A DNA stretch of 56,028 nt from a virus (taxonomy: Duplodnaviria > Caudoviricetes). Under the pieces are notes generated by a model. The model saw nothing but the letters and a program-made list of their open reading frames with translations. It ran no database searches and was not told the origin of the DNA. Positions 1 to 7,323 of this stretch are shown here, piece after piece. How positions within the stretch are numbered: the first letter of the stretch is position 1; every line of letters begins with the position of its first letter. The stretch is taken from the IMG/VR virus record IMGVR_UViG_3300041809_000290, positions 1-56,028 of that record. One strand, written 5' to 3'. Made by a program: the position numbers and the translations under genes.

Positions 1-128
1 GGCTCAGGTCGCCGTACACGTGGCTCAGATTGCCGGACACGCCGCTCAGATTGCCGGACACGCCGCTCAGGTCGCCGTACACGTGGCTCAGGTCGCCGGA
101 CACGCCGCTCAGATTGCCGGACACGCCG
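1..128 (-). repeat. 21-bp coding tandem repeat, about 6 copies
   Basis: Units GTGTCCGGCAATCTGAGCGGC / GTGTACGGCGACCTGAGCCAC on the minus strand. Confidence 0.9.
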
Positions 129-208
129 CGCGGAGCTCCTTGGTGCTCCGAGCCTTCCTCATCAATCCAGTAGATTTTTGCCTCGATTCGAACTAGGACT
201 GCCTTCAT
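1..208 (-). CDS. Heptad-repeat protein, truncated by window edge (MKAVLVRIEAKIYW...VSGNLSG/VYGDLSH repeats)
   Basis: Not in ORF track. ATG at 208 with GGAGG RBS; frame stays open to base 1; translated by hand. Confidence 0.75.
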   Translation of the reverse strand, partial: MKAVLVRIEAKIYWIDEEGSEHQGAPRGVSGNLSGVSGDLSHVYGDLSGVSGNLSGVSGNLSHVYGDLS

Positions 209-505
209 ACTCCCACCTCCCACCAATTCAATCTGCAAGAGTCGCAAGTAATTCTTCCGGGATTTGGGTGCTCCTCGATATGACAACTCATTATCAACAA
301 AGCCCTCCTCAAATCCCTCATCCGATGGGTCTAAATACCGCATAAGCTTCTCGCATGTTGCACAGCAATAGATCGCGCAAAACTTCCCGTCAAAGAGGTT
401 TGTTTGATAGTGCATTCTTGTCCCCGACGGAAAACCACGAAGACATCCGAATCACATATGTGGTTTCTGAGTCATCACGTCTTTATCAGTTAACACTGTA
501 GTCAT
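209..505 (-). pseudogene. Zn-ribbon-like ORF with in-frame TGA at a Cys-like position (pseudogene or Sec read-through)
   Basis: MTTVLTDKDVMTQKPHM*FGCLRGF...YCCATC; TGA at 454-452; ATG directly follows the upstream gene's stop. Confidence 0.55.
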
Positions 506-506
506 A

Positions 507-953
507 TTAGTTTTCCTTTACCGAGTAGCCGTAGCGGGCGGCGATCTCACGCAAACGCCCATCGGTATAATATCCATCGCTATTTAACTGCCGAAGCATC
601 GCCAGCGGCACTTCCTTAGGCTCCGTAGGTGGCGGAATATACTCTGACAATAACACAGCGCATGTAGCACATTCTTTCCCATCAATTGATGGCCTGCCGC
701 ACTGAGGGCACCAAAGCTCCGCGCTCGGTCGGCGGGCGGAGAGTGCCTTTATTGCATCATCGATTTCGACCATCATTTCAATTAATAATCCCTCGCGATA
801 ATAATCATCAGGGATATCACAATCGTTGATTAATTCTTGAATGTATTCTCGGGTTTTCTTTAGTGGCTCGTCCGCCTCGCTCTTGGCGCTGTCACTCATC
901 GTCATCCCTCCTTTTTTAAGCGTAATATGAAATCTATTGAAGATCACTCTCAA
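507..953 (-). CDS. Hypothetical protein with CxxC...CxxC; likely start near 905
   Basis: CPQC/CATC motifs; AAGGAGG RBS before the internal ATG. Confidence 0.7.
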   Translation of the reverse strand: MRVIFNRFHITLKKGGMTMSDSAKSEADEPLKKTREYIQELINDCDIPDDYYREGLLIEMMVEIDDAIKALSARRPSAELWCPQCGRPSIDGKECATCAVLLSEYIPPPTEPKEVPLAMLRQLNSDGYYTDGRLREIAARYGYSVKEN

Positions 954-1720
954 TTTCTATTGTTGGAAATGACTTTATAACCAAGCTCTTCAACTCTATG
1001 TTTCATTATTTCTACTATTGGTTCCGGAACTGCCGGATTATGGTTAGTCCATGCTTCTGCAACTGCCCATAGAACTTTCTCTTCTACCTGTTTTGGATAA
1101 TTGGTTTTTAGTGAGGCCAACTCGGTTTCAAGAAGTTTTCGACAGCGCTGTTCTTCAAAATACGCCTCTTGCAAGCTAACATACTCTTTTGATGCCTCTG
1201 TCAATTCAGTTTGTATTTCCGCGATATGTTCCACTTGTTCTGTTTCGTATTGTGGCCGATTGGCTATATACTCTTCAATAACGGTAACAAAATCATCTAT
1301 AAAGTTATAAATCCAGGCATCTTGCGATTCTCCTTGAACTAGTCTACCCAACATTTTCACAACCAATGATCTTATCTCATTCTTCTCATTTACACCCCCA
1401 TTTAATTCGGTTATCTTAGTGCCTCCCTTTAATATTCTAGTTACTTCATCGGCTATTTCCCAAGGCCCATGATTCCATGATCTCCGAATCGATTCGAAAT
1501 AGTTCAGAGCTACGTCGATTCGGCTCTGAAGTTTATGCTCGCGCTTTGAGAGTCCTGTCGGAATAGTTACGGGTATCTTGGGGTTTAGGCTATATCTCGT
1601 TGCTGAATGACTCTCGTCTCTCTCAGGATTCTGATCGGTTAGAGTTCTACCTAAACGCTTAACTCTATTAAATATGGAAGGCGTCTTCCACGGTACTTTG
1701 TCTTCTCTTGTTTCATTCAT
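950..1720 (-). CDS. Hypothetical coiled-coil protein
   Basis: 256-aa ORF, GGAGG RBS, operon packing. Confidence 0.7.
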   Translation of the reverse strand: MNETREDKVPWKTPSIFNRVKRLGRTLTDQNPERDESHSATRYSLNPKIPVTIPTGLSKREHKLQSRIDVALNYFESIRRSWNHGPWEIADEVTRILKGGTKITELNGGVNEKNEIRSLVVKMLGRLVQGESQDAWIYNFIDDFVTVIEEYIANRPQYETEQVEHIAEIQTELTEASKEYVSLQEAYFEEQRCRKLLETELASLKTNYPKQVEEKVLWAVAEAWTNHNPAVPEPIVEIMKHRVEELGYKVISNNRN

Positions 1721-1898
1721 TTATTTTAATCCTCCCATATAGTAGTAATACTTATTTCCCAAAACAATATTCCAATATAGAGGGACCTCCATCGAGTTGA
1801 TTTTCTTTGATTTATTGAATCAATCATTCGGCTTTGAGTTATCTGAAATGATAATCCAAGAGTAATCACATGGGACCATCCTACCGACAGCATTCGTC

Positions 1899-2112
1899 TC
1901 ATTTGTCTTCCTCCAAATCACAAGGTCTAAAATATTTGATAAGTCTTATGTTGTCATACTCATGTATAAATAGTTCACATTTTACGATAGTATATGAATG
2001 TATATTTGGTGCAACATGTGGTTTTAATATTTCGATCACCTTTACATGTCCTATAGAATGGGCAATCATGGTGCCTATAGACGACCCCTACTTTTATATC
2101 TTGTGGCCTCAT
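1899..2112 (-). pseudogene. Small gene apparently split by a frameshift near 2045-2055
   Basis: MRPQDIKVGVVYRHHDCPFYR continues plausibly in the shifted frame as VKVIEILKPH...FRPCDLEEDK*; both ends overlap neighbours by ATGA. Confidence 0.4.
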
Positions 2113-2588
2113 ATGCCCTCCTTTGTTCTAAAGTCTCCCATTGCTTCATGCCATTTCTTCGATGTAGATTCTCGGGCGCACTTTATTTGATCCTCTGAAA
2201 GCAATCTTTCTAGCTCTCCATGATATATTGCTTGCCACATACTATGATTTTCTAGTGCATCTATTTGTTTCTCAAAGACTTCTACTTCAAAGTTATAATC
2301 CAACTCCTTATTTATGTCTCTCATGTATTTAAACACTATTTTTATATCCTCTATACTTGGTGAATTGTTAAACAAACGACTGCAATTACCATAATGTAAT
2401 CCAGCAATGGCACCACACTCCAAGCATACTCCTGTTGCACTTTCCTTTATATCTTTGTTTTGAGTGGTTAGAACAGAATGAATTAATTTCATTATGTCCG
2501 TTGTAGCCTCATTATATCCCCAAGCTTCATTCGGTAGCCAACTACGAACTATTCTTTGAACTTCTATCTCTATTTCTTTAAGGTTCAT
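2109..2588 (-). CDS. Hypothetical protein
   Basis: ORF; ATG 2588 overlaps upstream stop (ATGA) with AAGGAG RBS. Confidence 0.7.
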   Translation of the reverse strand: MNLKEIEIEVQRIVRSWLPNEAWGYNEATTDIMKLIHSVLTTQNKDIKESATGVCLECGAIAGLHYGNCSRLFNNSPSIEDIKIVFKYMRDINKELDYNFEVEVFEKQIDALENHSMWQAIYHGELERLLSEDQIKCARESTSKKWHEAMGDFRTKEGI

Positions 2589-2752
2589 CGATTCCACTCC
2601 TTCCCATATATGCCATCAATTATTTCTATTATCATGTTGTGACGTTGATGTCGGTAAGCGTCTTTAATCTCTTCCGCCAATAATGGGTCTATTTCCAATT
2701 TGCTTTGTGAAGCCTCTCGCATGACGTCCACCATATCTTGAAGAGTAGTCAT
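2585..2752 (-). CDS. Small hypothetical protein (55 aa)
   Basis: Hand-translated MTTLQDMVDVMREAS...; fills the gap between coupled genes. Confidence 0.6.
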   Translation of the reverse strand: MTTLQDMVDVMREASQSKLEIDPLLAEEIKDAYRHQRHNMIIEIIDGIYGKEWNR

Positions 2753-2754
2753 GG

Positions 2755-3090
2755 TTATTCAGGTTTACGTTTAATCTCAAATGTCTCCCGCAATAGTGGC
2801 AGGAGGTTTTTGGGTGAATGTGCGTCGGTACTGTTTGCCAATTTCATGCATAGTTGTTTACATTCAATGTTCCTACCAAGAGGACGCAACGATTCTCGAA
2901 TAGCCGTGAACATGTCATTAGCCCACTTCTCACGTCCTGTTAAATAAAGTACTGGCTTGCCTTCTATTTTAGGAAGAGGTTTGTTTTTGGCATAACTTGA
3001 CGTGTCTCCTTGTTCCCTTCTTTGTTTGCGAAGAGCTTGGGCCTCACGTATCTTCTGTTTATGTGCTTCACTCATTCCACCTTTCTTCAT
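2755..3090 (-). CDS. Hypothetical basic protein
   Basis: ORF, RBS, operon packing. Confidence 0.7.
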   Translation of the reverse strand: MKKGGMSEAHKQKIREAQALRKQRREQGDTSSYAKNKPLPKIEGKPVLYLTGREKWANDMFTAIRESLRPLGRNIECKQLCMKLANSTDAHSPKNLLPLLRETFEIKRKPE

Positions 3091-3308
3091 CGAGACCTCC
3101 TTTTGTCTTCATGGCCTATTTGTATTTCGACTGACCACATCAAAAATTCTATAATTATATGAAAGTGCCAAGCGGCCTTGCGATCGTATTCTATGATTAA
3201 ATCGTCCTCCTCATCTTCGCTGGTTCGAAGAGTTGGATGGATGTGAGCGAACATTGATATACCATATCCAACTTGATCTTGATAAGTTCCCACTTCAATG
3301 TTGAACAT
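3087..3308 (-). CDS. Hypothetical protein
   Basis: ORF 3087-3338; likely start MFNIEV after GAGGAG RBS. Confidence 0.6.
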   Translation of the reverse strand: MFNIEVGTYQDQVGYGISMFAHIHPTLRTSEDEEDDLIIEYDRKAAWHFHIIIEFLMWSVEIQIGHEDKRRSR

Positions 3309-3310
3309 TT

Positions 3311-3475
3311 TCACTCCTCTTTGATCTTCTCTAGCCACGCTTCAGCTTCATCGGCCGTTAAACCCAGGTTTTTTGCCAACCATAGGCGTGAAACCCATGC
3401 TATATCCATTGGTTCAGCATTTAATTTAACTTGTCGTGTACGTCCCCTTTTAATATAATGCAATCGGTACTCCAT
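3311..3475 (-). CDS. Small hypothetical protein (54 aa)
   Basis: Hand-translated MEYRLHYIKRGR...; fills the operon gap. Confidence 0.55.
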   Translation of the reverse strand: MEYRLHYIKRGRTRQVKLNAEPMDIAWVSRLWLAKNLGLTADEAEAWLEKIKEE

Positions 3476-3487
3476 TACATTAAACCT

Positions 3488-3706
3488 TCATTCTGCTTCG
3501 TCTACAACTTCATATTTTATGTCTTCACTTATGACCAGTACTTTGTTATCTGGAAATAGCGCAGAAAATACGCCATCTATTTTGGCTTGTATTTCATCTG
3601 GAACACCAAACGGCACTGTTACGATAATTTTTGCTGATTTAGGAACCTTAACTACTTGAACTGATTTGAGTTCAAGCTCTTGCCCTTCATTGTTGATAAG
3701 TTTCAT
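3488..3706 (-). CDS. Hypothetical protein
   Basis: ORF with GGGAGG RBS. Confidence 0.7.
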   Translation of the reverse strand: MKLINNEGQELELKSVQVVKVPKSAKIIVTVPFGVPDEIQAKIDGVFSALFPDNKVLVISEDIKYEVVDEAE

Positions 3707-3876
3707 TTCTTATGCCTCCCTCGATTAGACTTTAGTTTAAACGGCTTTTTTGTTGAAGCATAACATAACGGCTTAGCTTCAGAGTTGGTGTTAGGAGTTA
3801 CGCAAACATCGCCGTGACGACAGTGAGCTTTCCATCGGCACTTGCATATCCGCTCACTTCCGTCAGGATTTTGCAT
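3703..3876 (-). CDS. Cys-rich 57-aa microprotein, paralogue of 3986-4159
   Basis: MQNPDGSERICKCRWKAHCRHGDVC...PLCY; AAAGGAGG RBS; ATGA overlap with next gene. Confidence 0.7.
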   Translation of the reverse strand: MQNPDGSERICKCRWKAHCRHGDVCVTPNTNSEAKPLCYASTKKPFKLKSNRGRHKK

Positions 3877-3900
3877 ACATCTATGCCTCCTTTAAACACC

Positions 3901-3965
3901 ATATTATCCATATAATTGTATTCCTTCAATCTTAATTTGAATTAAATCTCAAAATTTGATAATAT
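3901..3965. promoter_or_regulatory. Back-to-back sigma70-type promoters
   Basis: Minus: TTGAAG(3929-3924)-17-TAATAT. Plus: TTGAAT(3937)-17-TAATAT(3960). Located at the strand switch. Confidence 0.7.
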
Positions 3966-3985
3966 TAAAGGCCATTGGAGGCTTT

Positions 3986-4159
3986 ATGAATGGGAAAGAG
4001 CGTACAGGTGAACCTTTGTGTAGTTGTCAGTGGGCCTTAGACTGTCATAAAGGGCTAAAATGCCCTTCTCGGCAGCATCATGCATCTGAACTTCCTCCTG
4101 ATTGCTATCAAAATCGAAATCCTATTATACATGAGGAATTAAATTTACACAATAGTTAA
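3986..4159 (+). CDS. Cys-rich 57-aa microprotein
   Basis: GGAGG RBS, ATG 3986; LCSCQWALDCHKGLKC...PDCY. Confidence 0.7.
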   Translation: MNGKERTGEPLCSCQWALDCHKGLKCPSRQHHASELPPDCYQNRNPIIHEELNLHNS

Positions 4160-4168
4160 ATTTAATGA

Positions 4169-4197
4169 TTGACACTATTAAATAATAGGTTTAGTAT
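4169..4197 (+). promoter_or_regulatory. sigma70-type promoter
   Basis: TTGACA-17-TAGTAT. Confidence 0.7.
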
Positions 4198-4259
4198 CGG
4201 TGAATGGCATGATCCAACGGTGTTCGTATGAACACCTATTAAGAAGCATGGAGGCCAAA

Positions 4260-4664
4260 ATGGCAGTAGTCAAGACAAGAGAGCCACGACAGACTTTTCG
4301 AGGGCTTTCGATCAGCGCGGCAAATCCGATGGGGCGAAGGAGCGGTCATCGGGCTCCTCGATCTCTTCGGCGGCGCGGATTCAATCGAATCGAAGAATGC
4401 AAAGATGAGGATATCGCCAAGTACGTCTTCGGCCTCGATCTTCAAGGAGAGCGAAACGCTATCGATAAGAAAAGGATGGCCACTCTTAGGGGTCAAATCA
4501 CAAAGTTGGAGAAACAGGTAGTCAAAGATCCGAAGGATGATCAGCTTGAAAAGAATCGGGAAATTCAGATTCGTATCAACGCACTACAACACGATATAGA
4601 TTCCATGGAAGTTCCGGTTAAGAAGATAGAGGCCCTTGTTAAGGATTTTCGGAGCGCCGTATGA
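4260..4664 (+). CDS. Hypothetical protein with Arg-rich N-terminus and coiled coil
   Basis: GGAGG RBS before ATG 4260. Confidence 0.75.
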   Translation: MAVVKTREPRQTFRGLSISAANPMGRRSGHRAPRSLRRRGFNRIEECKDEDIAKYVFGLDLQGERNAIDKKRMATLRGQITKLEKQVVKDPKDDQLEKNREIQIRINALQHDIDSMEVPVKKIEALVKDFRSAV

Positions 4665-4918
4665 AGTTGCGCGATATCCGAAATGGAGCTATCTATCCCA
4701 TCGACTCTTTAGTTCCCATGGATGGGCCTAATTCCGGCCCATATGTCATGACGGGTATCATCTCACGATCTTCGACTCCTATTCAGATTCCTTCAGAGTT
4801 TTGTGAGATCATTCTTGGTTCTAGGGACAGGCAAAGTGCTGAGATCCAAGCTCGCTATTTAGAAAATGCTCCTACCTTTTCAAACTTCACTCCTTCTCCA
4901 GAGGAGGATGACGACTAG
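4661..4918 (+). CDS. Hypothetical protein
   Basis: ATGA-coupled ORF. Confidence 0.7.
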   Translation: MKLRDIRNGAIYPIDSLVPMDGPNSGPYVMTGIISRSSTPIQIPSEFCEIILGSRDRQSAEIQARYLENAPTFSNFTPSPEEDDD

Positions 4919-4920
4919 AC

Positions 4921-5028
4921 TGCGAAACTGTCTGAGTAATCCAAGGGAAGAAAGCGGGTCATTGGGGATGATCAACATGTAGATGACGAGCGAGTCTTGT
5001 GTTCAAAGAAAACCAGAACCATTGAGCG
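4921..5028 (+). ncRNA. TIGR-like guide RNA array 1 (3 x 36-nt units)
   Basis: Units start at 4921, 4957, 4993: 5-nt edge, N9, loop (AGTAATCCA / degenerate / AGAAAACCA), N9, AGCG. Confidence 0.7.
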
Positions 5029-5029
5029 C

Positions 5030-5053
5030 GCCCACCTTAATTGGTGGGCTTTT
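5030..5053 (+). terminator. Intrinsic terminator
   Basis: GCCCACC-ttaatt-GGTGGGC-TTTT. Confidence 0.85.
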
Positions 5054-5056
5054 ATA

Positions 5057-5085
5057 TTGAAATAAACTCAATTTATTCATAATAT
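5057..5085 (+). promoter_or_regulatory. sigma70-type promoter
   Basis: TTGAAA-17-TAATAT. Confidence 0.65.
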
Positions 5086-5104
5086 ACCAAAGGAAGGTGG
5101 TTTT

Positions 5105-5371
5105 ATGCAAAGCATTGAAGATATGTTAGGTCCTCCAATTTTTATAAACGATGTCAATACAAAGTGGTGGCATGATCATCGTGTAAATGAATTATTAATG
5201 CTTAACAGTTTGACTCAACAATTCTCTGCTTGGATAGTAAGATTCGGGGATGGTCAGATTGAACGCGTTTTAGTTACTGAGCCAGACCATGAAGTCATGC
5301 ATTCAACTAAAAACTACAATGAAATGGAAATTGCTATTCTTGAATTAAAACACCAAAAGGAGGGAATATGA
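5105..5371 (+). CDS. Hypothetical protein
   Basis: ORF with RBS. Confidence 0.7.
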   Translation: MQSIEDMLGPPIFINDVNTKWWHDHRVNELLMLNSLTQQFSAWIVRFGDGQIERVLVTEPDHEVMHSTKNYNEMEIAILELKHQKEGI

Positions 5372-5556
5372 ACTTATTCCAATATCTTATTATGGTAGGC
5401 TTAATCACATCTATTCTCGGATTTGTTCTTATGTTTGTTCATAAATATTTTATTTCCAACAGCATCATCTATAAATTGACAAAGTATCGTTATATAGTAC
5501 TTATCATTGGTTGCACGTTGTGCATGATCTACAATTTACGTTGTCTGATAGTTTAG
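5368..5556 (+). CDS. Small membrane protein (2 TM)
   Basis: Two hydrophobic stretches; AGGAGG RBS. Confidence 0.65.
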   Translation: MNLFQYLIMVGLITSILGFVLMFVHKYFISNSIIYKLTKYRYIVLIIGCTLCMIYNLRCLIV

Positions 5557-5566
5557 GAGGTATAAT

Positions 5567-5821
5567 TTGGTGTTTAAGGTAGGCGAAATAGTAAAATGCA
5601 TTGACAGTTCGTTTCTTAAAGATGAGGACAAGTCTCACTTCGATCAATGGCTTGTTGAAGGCAACATTTATACGGTTCGAAATCTATGTTTGATGCCAAA
5701 TCATGATCCTGGAATTTATTTAAATGAAATCAGGGGCCACGTTGCACATTGTCTGGAAACAGATTGTGAAATGGAATATTGCTTTAATCCAAACAGGTTT
5801 CAAAGAATAGGAGGGGAATGA
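5567..5821 (+). CDS. Hypothetical protein, paralogue of 43562-43906
   Basis: FKVGEIVKCID...GNIYTVR...NRF motif; AGGAGG RBS. Confidence 0.7.
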   Translation: MVFKVGEIVKCIDSSFLKDEDKSHFDQWLVEGNIYTVRNLCLMPNHDPGIYLNEIRGHVAHCLETDCEMEYCFNPNRFQRIGGE

Positions 5822-6048
5822 TGAATTCAGATGATGAACTAATTGAGGAGGAAGATTCTCTCGCTAATGCTGCTGGAATTACACCTCCGGACATTCTTTT
5901 AAAGGGAGACAATATTGCGCCGAAAGTCACACATCCTTGGGACTATATTCATTTATCCAAAGTAGAACGCAAGGGAAAGACCTATGAGGAATTGCAAGAA
6001 ATTCGCAAAGAAAAATGGTATGAATTGAATAACAAATCCGTTATATGA
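5818..6048 (+). CDS. Hypothetical protein
   Basis: Coupled ORF; ends in a 20-bp tandem duplication. Confidence 0.6.
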   Translation: MMNSDDELIEEEDSLANAAGITPPDILLKGDNIAPKVTHPWDYIHLSKVERKGKTYEELQEIRKEKWYELNNKSVI

Positions 6049-6125
6049 ATAACAAATCCGTTACTCCTGGCTATCTCAAGTATAGATCCATCTTCTGAAA
6101 TTGAAATCACGAAGGAGGAACCAAA

Positions 6126-7031
6126 ATGAAGCATGTATTTTATCATGGAGCAGACTTAGATGGATGGTGTGCTGGATTTATTTGTTCTCTAGGGTTGCGT
6201 GCAGAGGGTGTAGAGTATGAACTACATTCTTATGATTATGGAAATTCGTTTCCTCACAACGAAGTGGACCTCAAGAAGGATTCGTTGATATTTACGGATG
6301 TAGTTCCTAGTCCTTATGACAATCTTTTGCGTATATGCCAAGAAGGATATGATATTACAATTATCGATCATCACAAATCTTTAATAGAGTTCGTGCAATC
6401 ACAATTGACTTCATTTGATATCAAAGGACTTTTAAGTGATCAAGTTTCAGCTTGCATGCTTGCGTGGAAATACTATTTCCCTTCTTTAACTGTTCCTGAG
6501 TATATTAAACTACTTAGTTTATATGATACTTGGAACAATAAAGACAAAGAACTTTGGGACAACCGTATCATGCCATTTCAATTGGGTTCTCGGGTACATG
6601 CTAAAAATCCCTCAATTGATAACAATTTTTGGAATGATCTTCAGGACCATCGTTATGATTCTGAACGCATAAACAAAATTATTAATGACGGTATAGTATG
6701 CATGGATTACAAAAAACAAGATGATGAGAAGAACTGCCATCTGTCATTCAATGGAACGATGGTTGATTTTCCTAGTTATCGTTGTATTTGTTTAAACACT
6801 GGTTTTTGTGGTTCACAAACTTTTGAAAGCAAATGGAATGAAAATGATTATGACATTATGCTCGCGTATAATTACAACGGCCATGGATTTTCGGTTAGTC
6901 TTTATACTACCAAAGATATTGATGTATCAAAAATAGCGGTATCATATGGAGGAGGAGGCCACAAACAAGCAGCAGGATTTAGAGTTAAATCTGTTGAGAT
7001 AAAGGATGGTATTATAATATTTACTAAGTAA
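6126..7031 (+). CDS. DHH/DHHA1-family phosphoesterase
   Basis: HGADLDG, FTD, IIDHH and C-terminal GGGGHKQAAGF motifs. Confidence 0.92.
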   Translation: MKHVFYHGADLDGWCAGFICSLGLRAEGVEYELHSYDYGNSFPHNEVDLKKDSLIFTDVVPSPYDNLLRICQEGYDITIIDHHKSLIEFVQSQLTSFDIKGLLSDQVSACMLAWKYYFPSLTVPEYIKLLSLYDTWNNKDKELWDNRIMPFQLGSRVHAKNPSIDNNFWNDLQDHRYDSERINKIINDGIVCMDYKKQDDEKNCHLSFNGTMVDFPSYRCICLNTGFCGSQTFESKWNENDYDIMLAYNYNGHGFSVSLYTTKDIDVSKIAVSYGGGGHKQAAGFRVKSVEIKDGIIIFTK

Positions 7032-7285
7032 TGTCTATGATAGTAAGAATTCCAATCAAAGAGAGCGCGCCAGTTGCTTTGAGTAATCCAACGTCTATGA
7101 GCGGACCAAATAGTGTGAGTAAACCAATAGTGGTGAGTGTGTCAGGCAGTTTAGAGTAAACCAGAAGTAGTGAGCGGGTCAAAAGTGGTGAGACATCCAA
7201 AAAGGAAGAACGAACCAAGAATGAAAAGACGACCAATTAGCTAAAGTGAGCCTAACATCGATGAGAAATCCAGCGAGAGAAAGCG
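7032..7285 (+). ncRNA. TIGR-like guide RNA array 2 (7 units of 36-37 nt)
   Basis: Units start at 7032, 7068, 7104, 7140, 7177, 7213, 7249; edge AGYG|nnYCA alternates with loop AGWnnWCCA around 9-10-nt variable segments. Confidence 0.8.
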
Positions 7286-7295
7286 TATTTTGATT

Positions 7296-7323
7296 AAAGC
7301 CCGATTAGTTATCGGGCTTTTTT
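7296..7323 (+). terminator. Intrinsic terminator (possibly bidirectional)
   Basis: AAAGCCCGAT-tagtt-ATCGGGCTTTTTT. Confidence 0.85.

Noticed and set aside
4260-4918. These ORFs as the Tas/Nop effector of array 1
   Set aside because: Short, with no Nop or IS110-like motifs recognisable by eye; cannot be fully excluded without a structure search.
7109-7208. Self-targeting by array spacers
   Set aside because: Spot checks found only isolated 9-mer matches (near 54938 and 30763) without the adjacent partner half; an exhaustive search was not possible.
7024-7236. 70-aa minus-strand ORF with xxGxL periodicity
   Set aside because: No RBS, antisense to the operon, and the periodicity is explained by the 18/36-nt array, whose 1-nt insertions break the peptide register.
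7032-7285. CRISPR array
   Set aside because: Repeats are about 9 nt, degenerate and of two alternating types; spacers are 9-10 nt; no cas genes seen.
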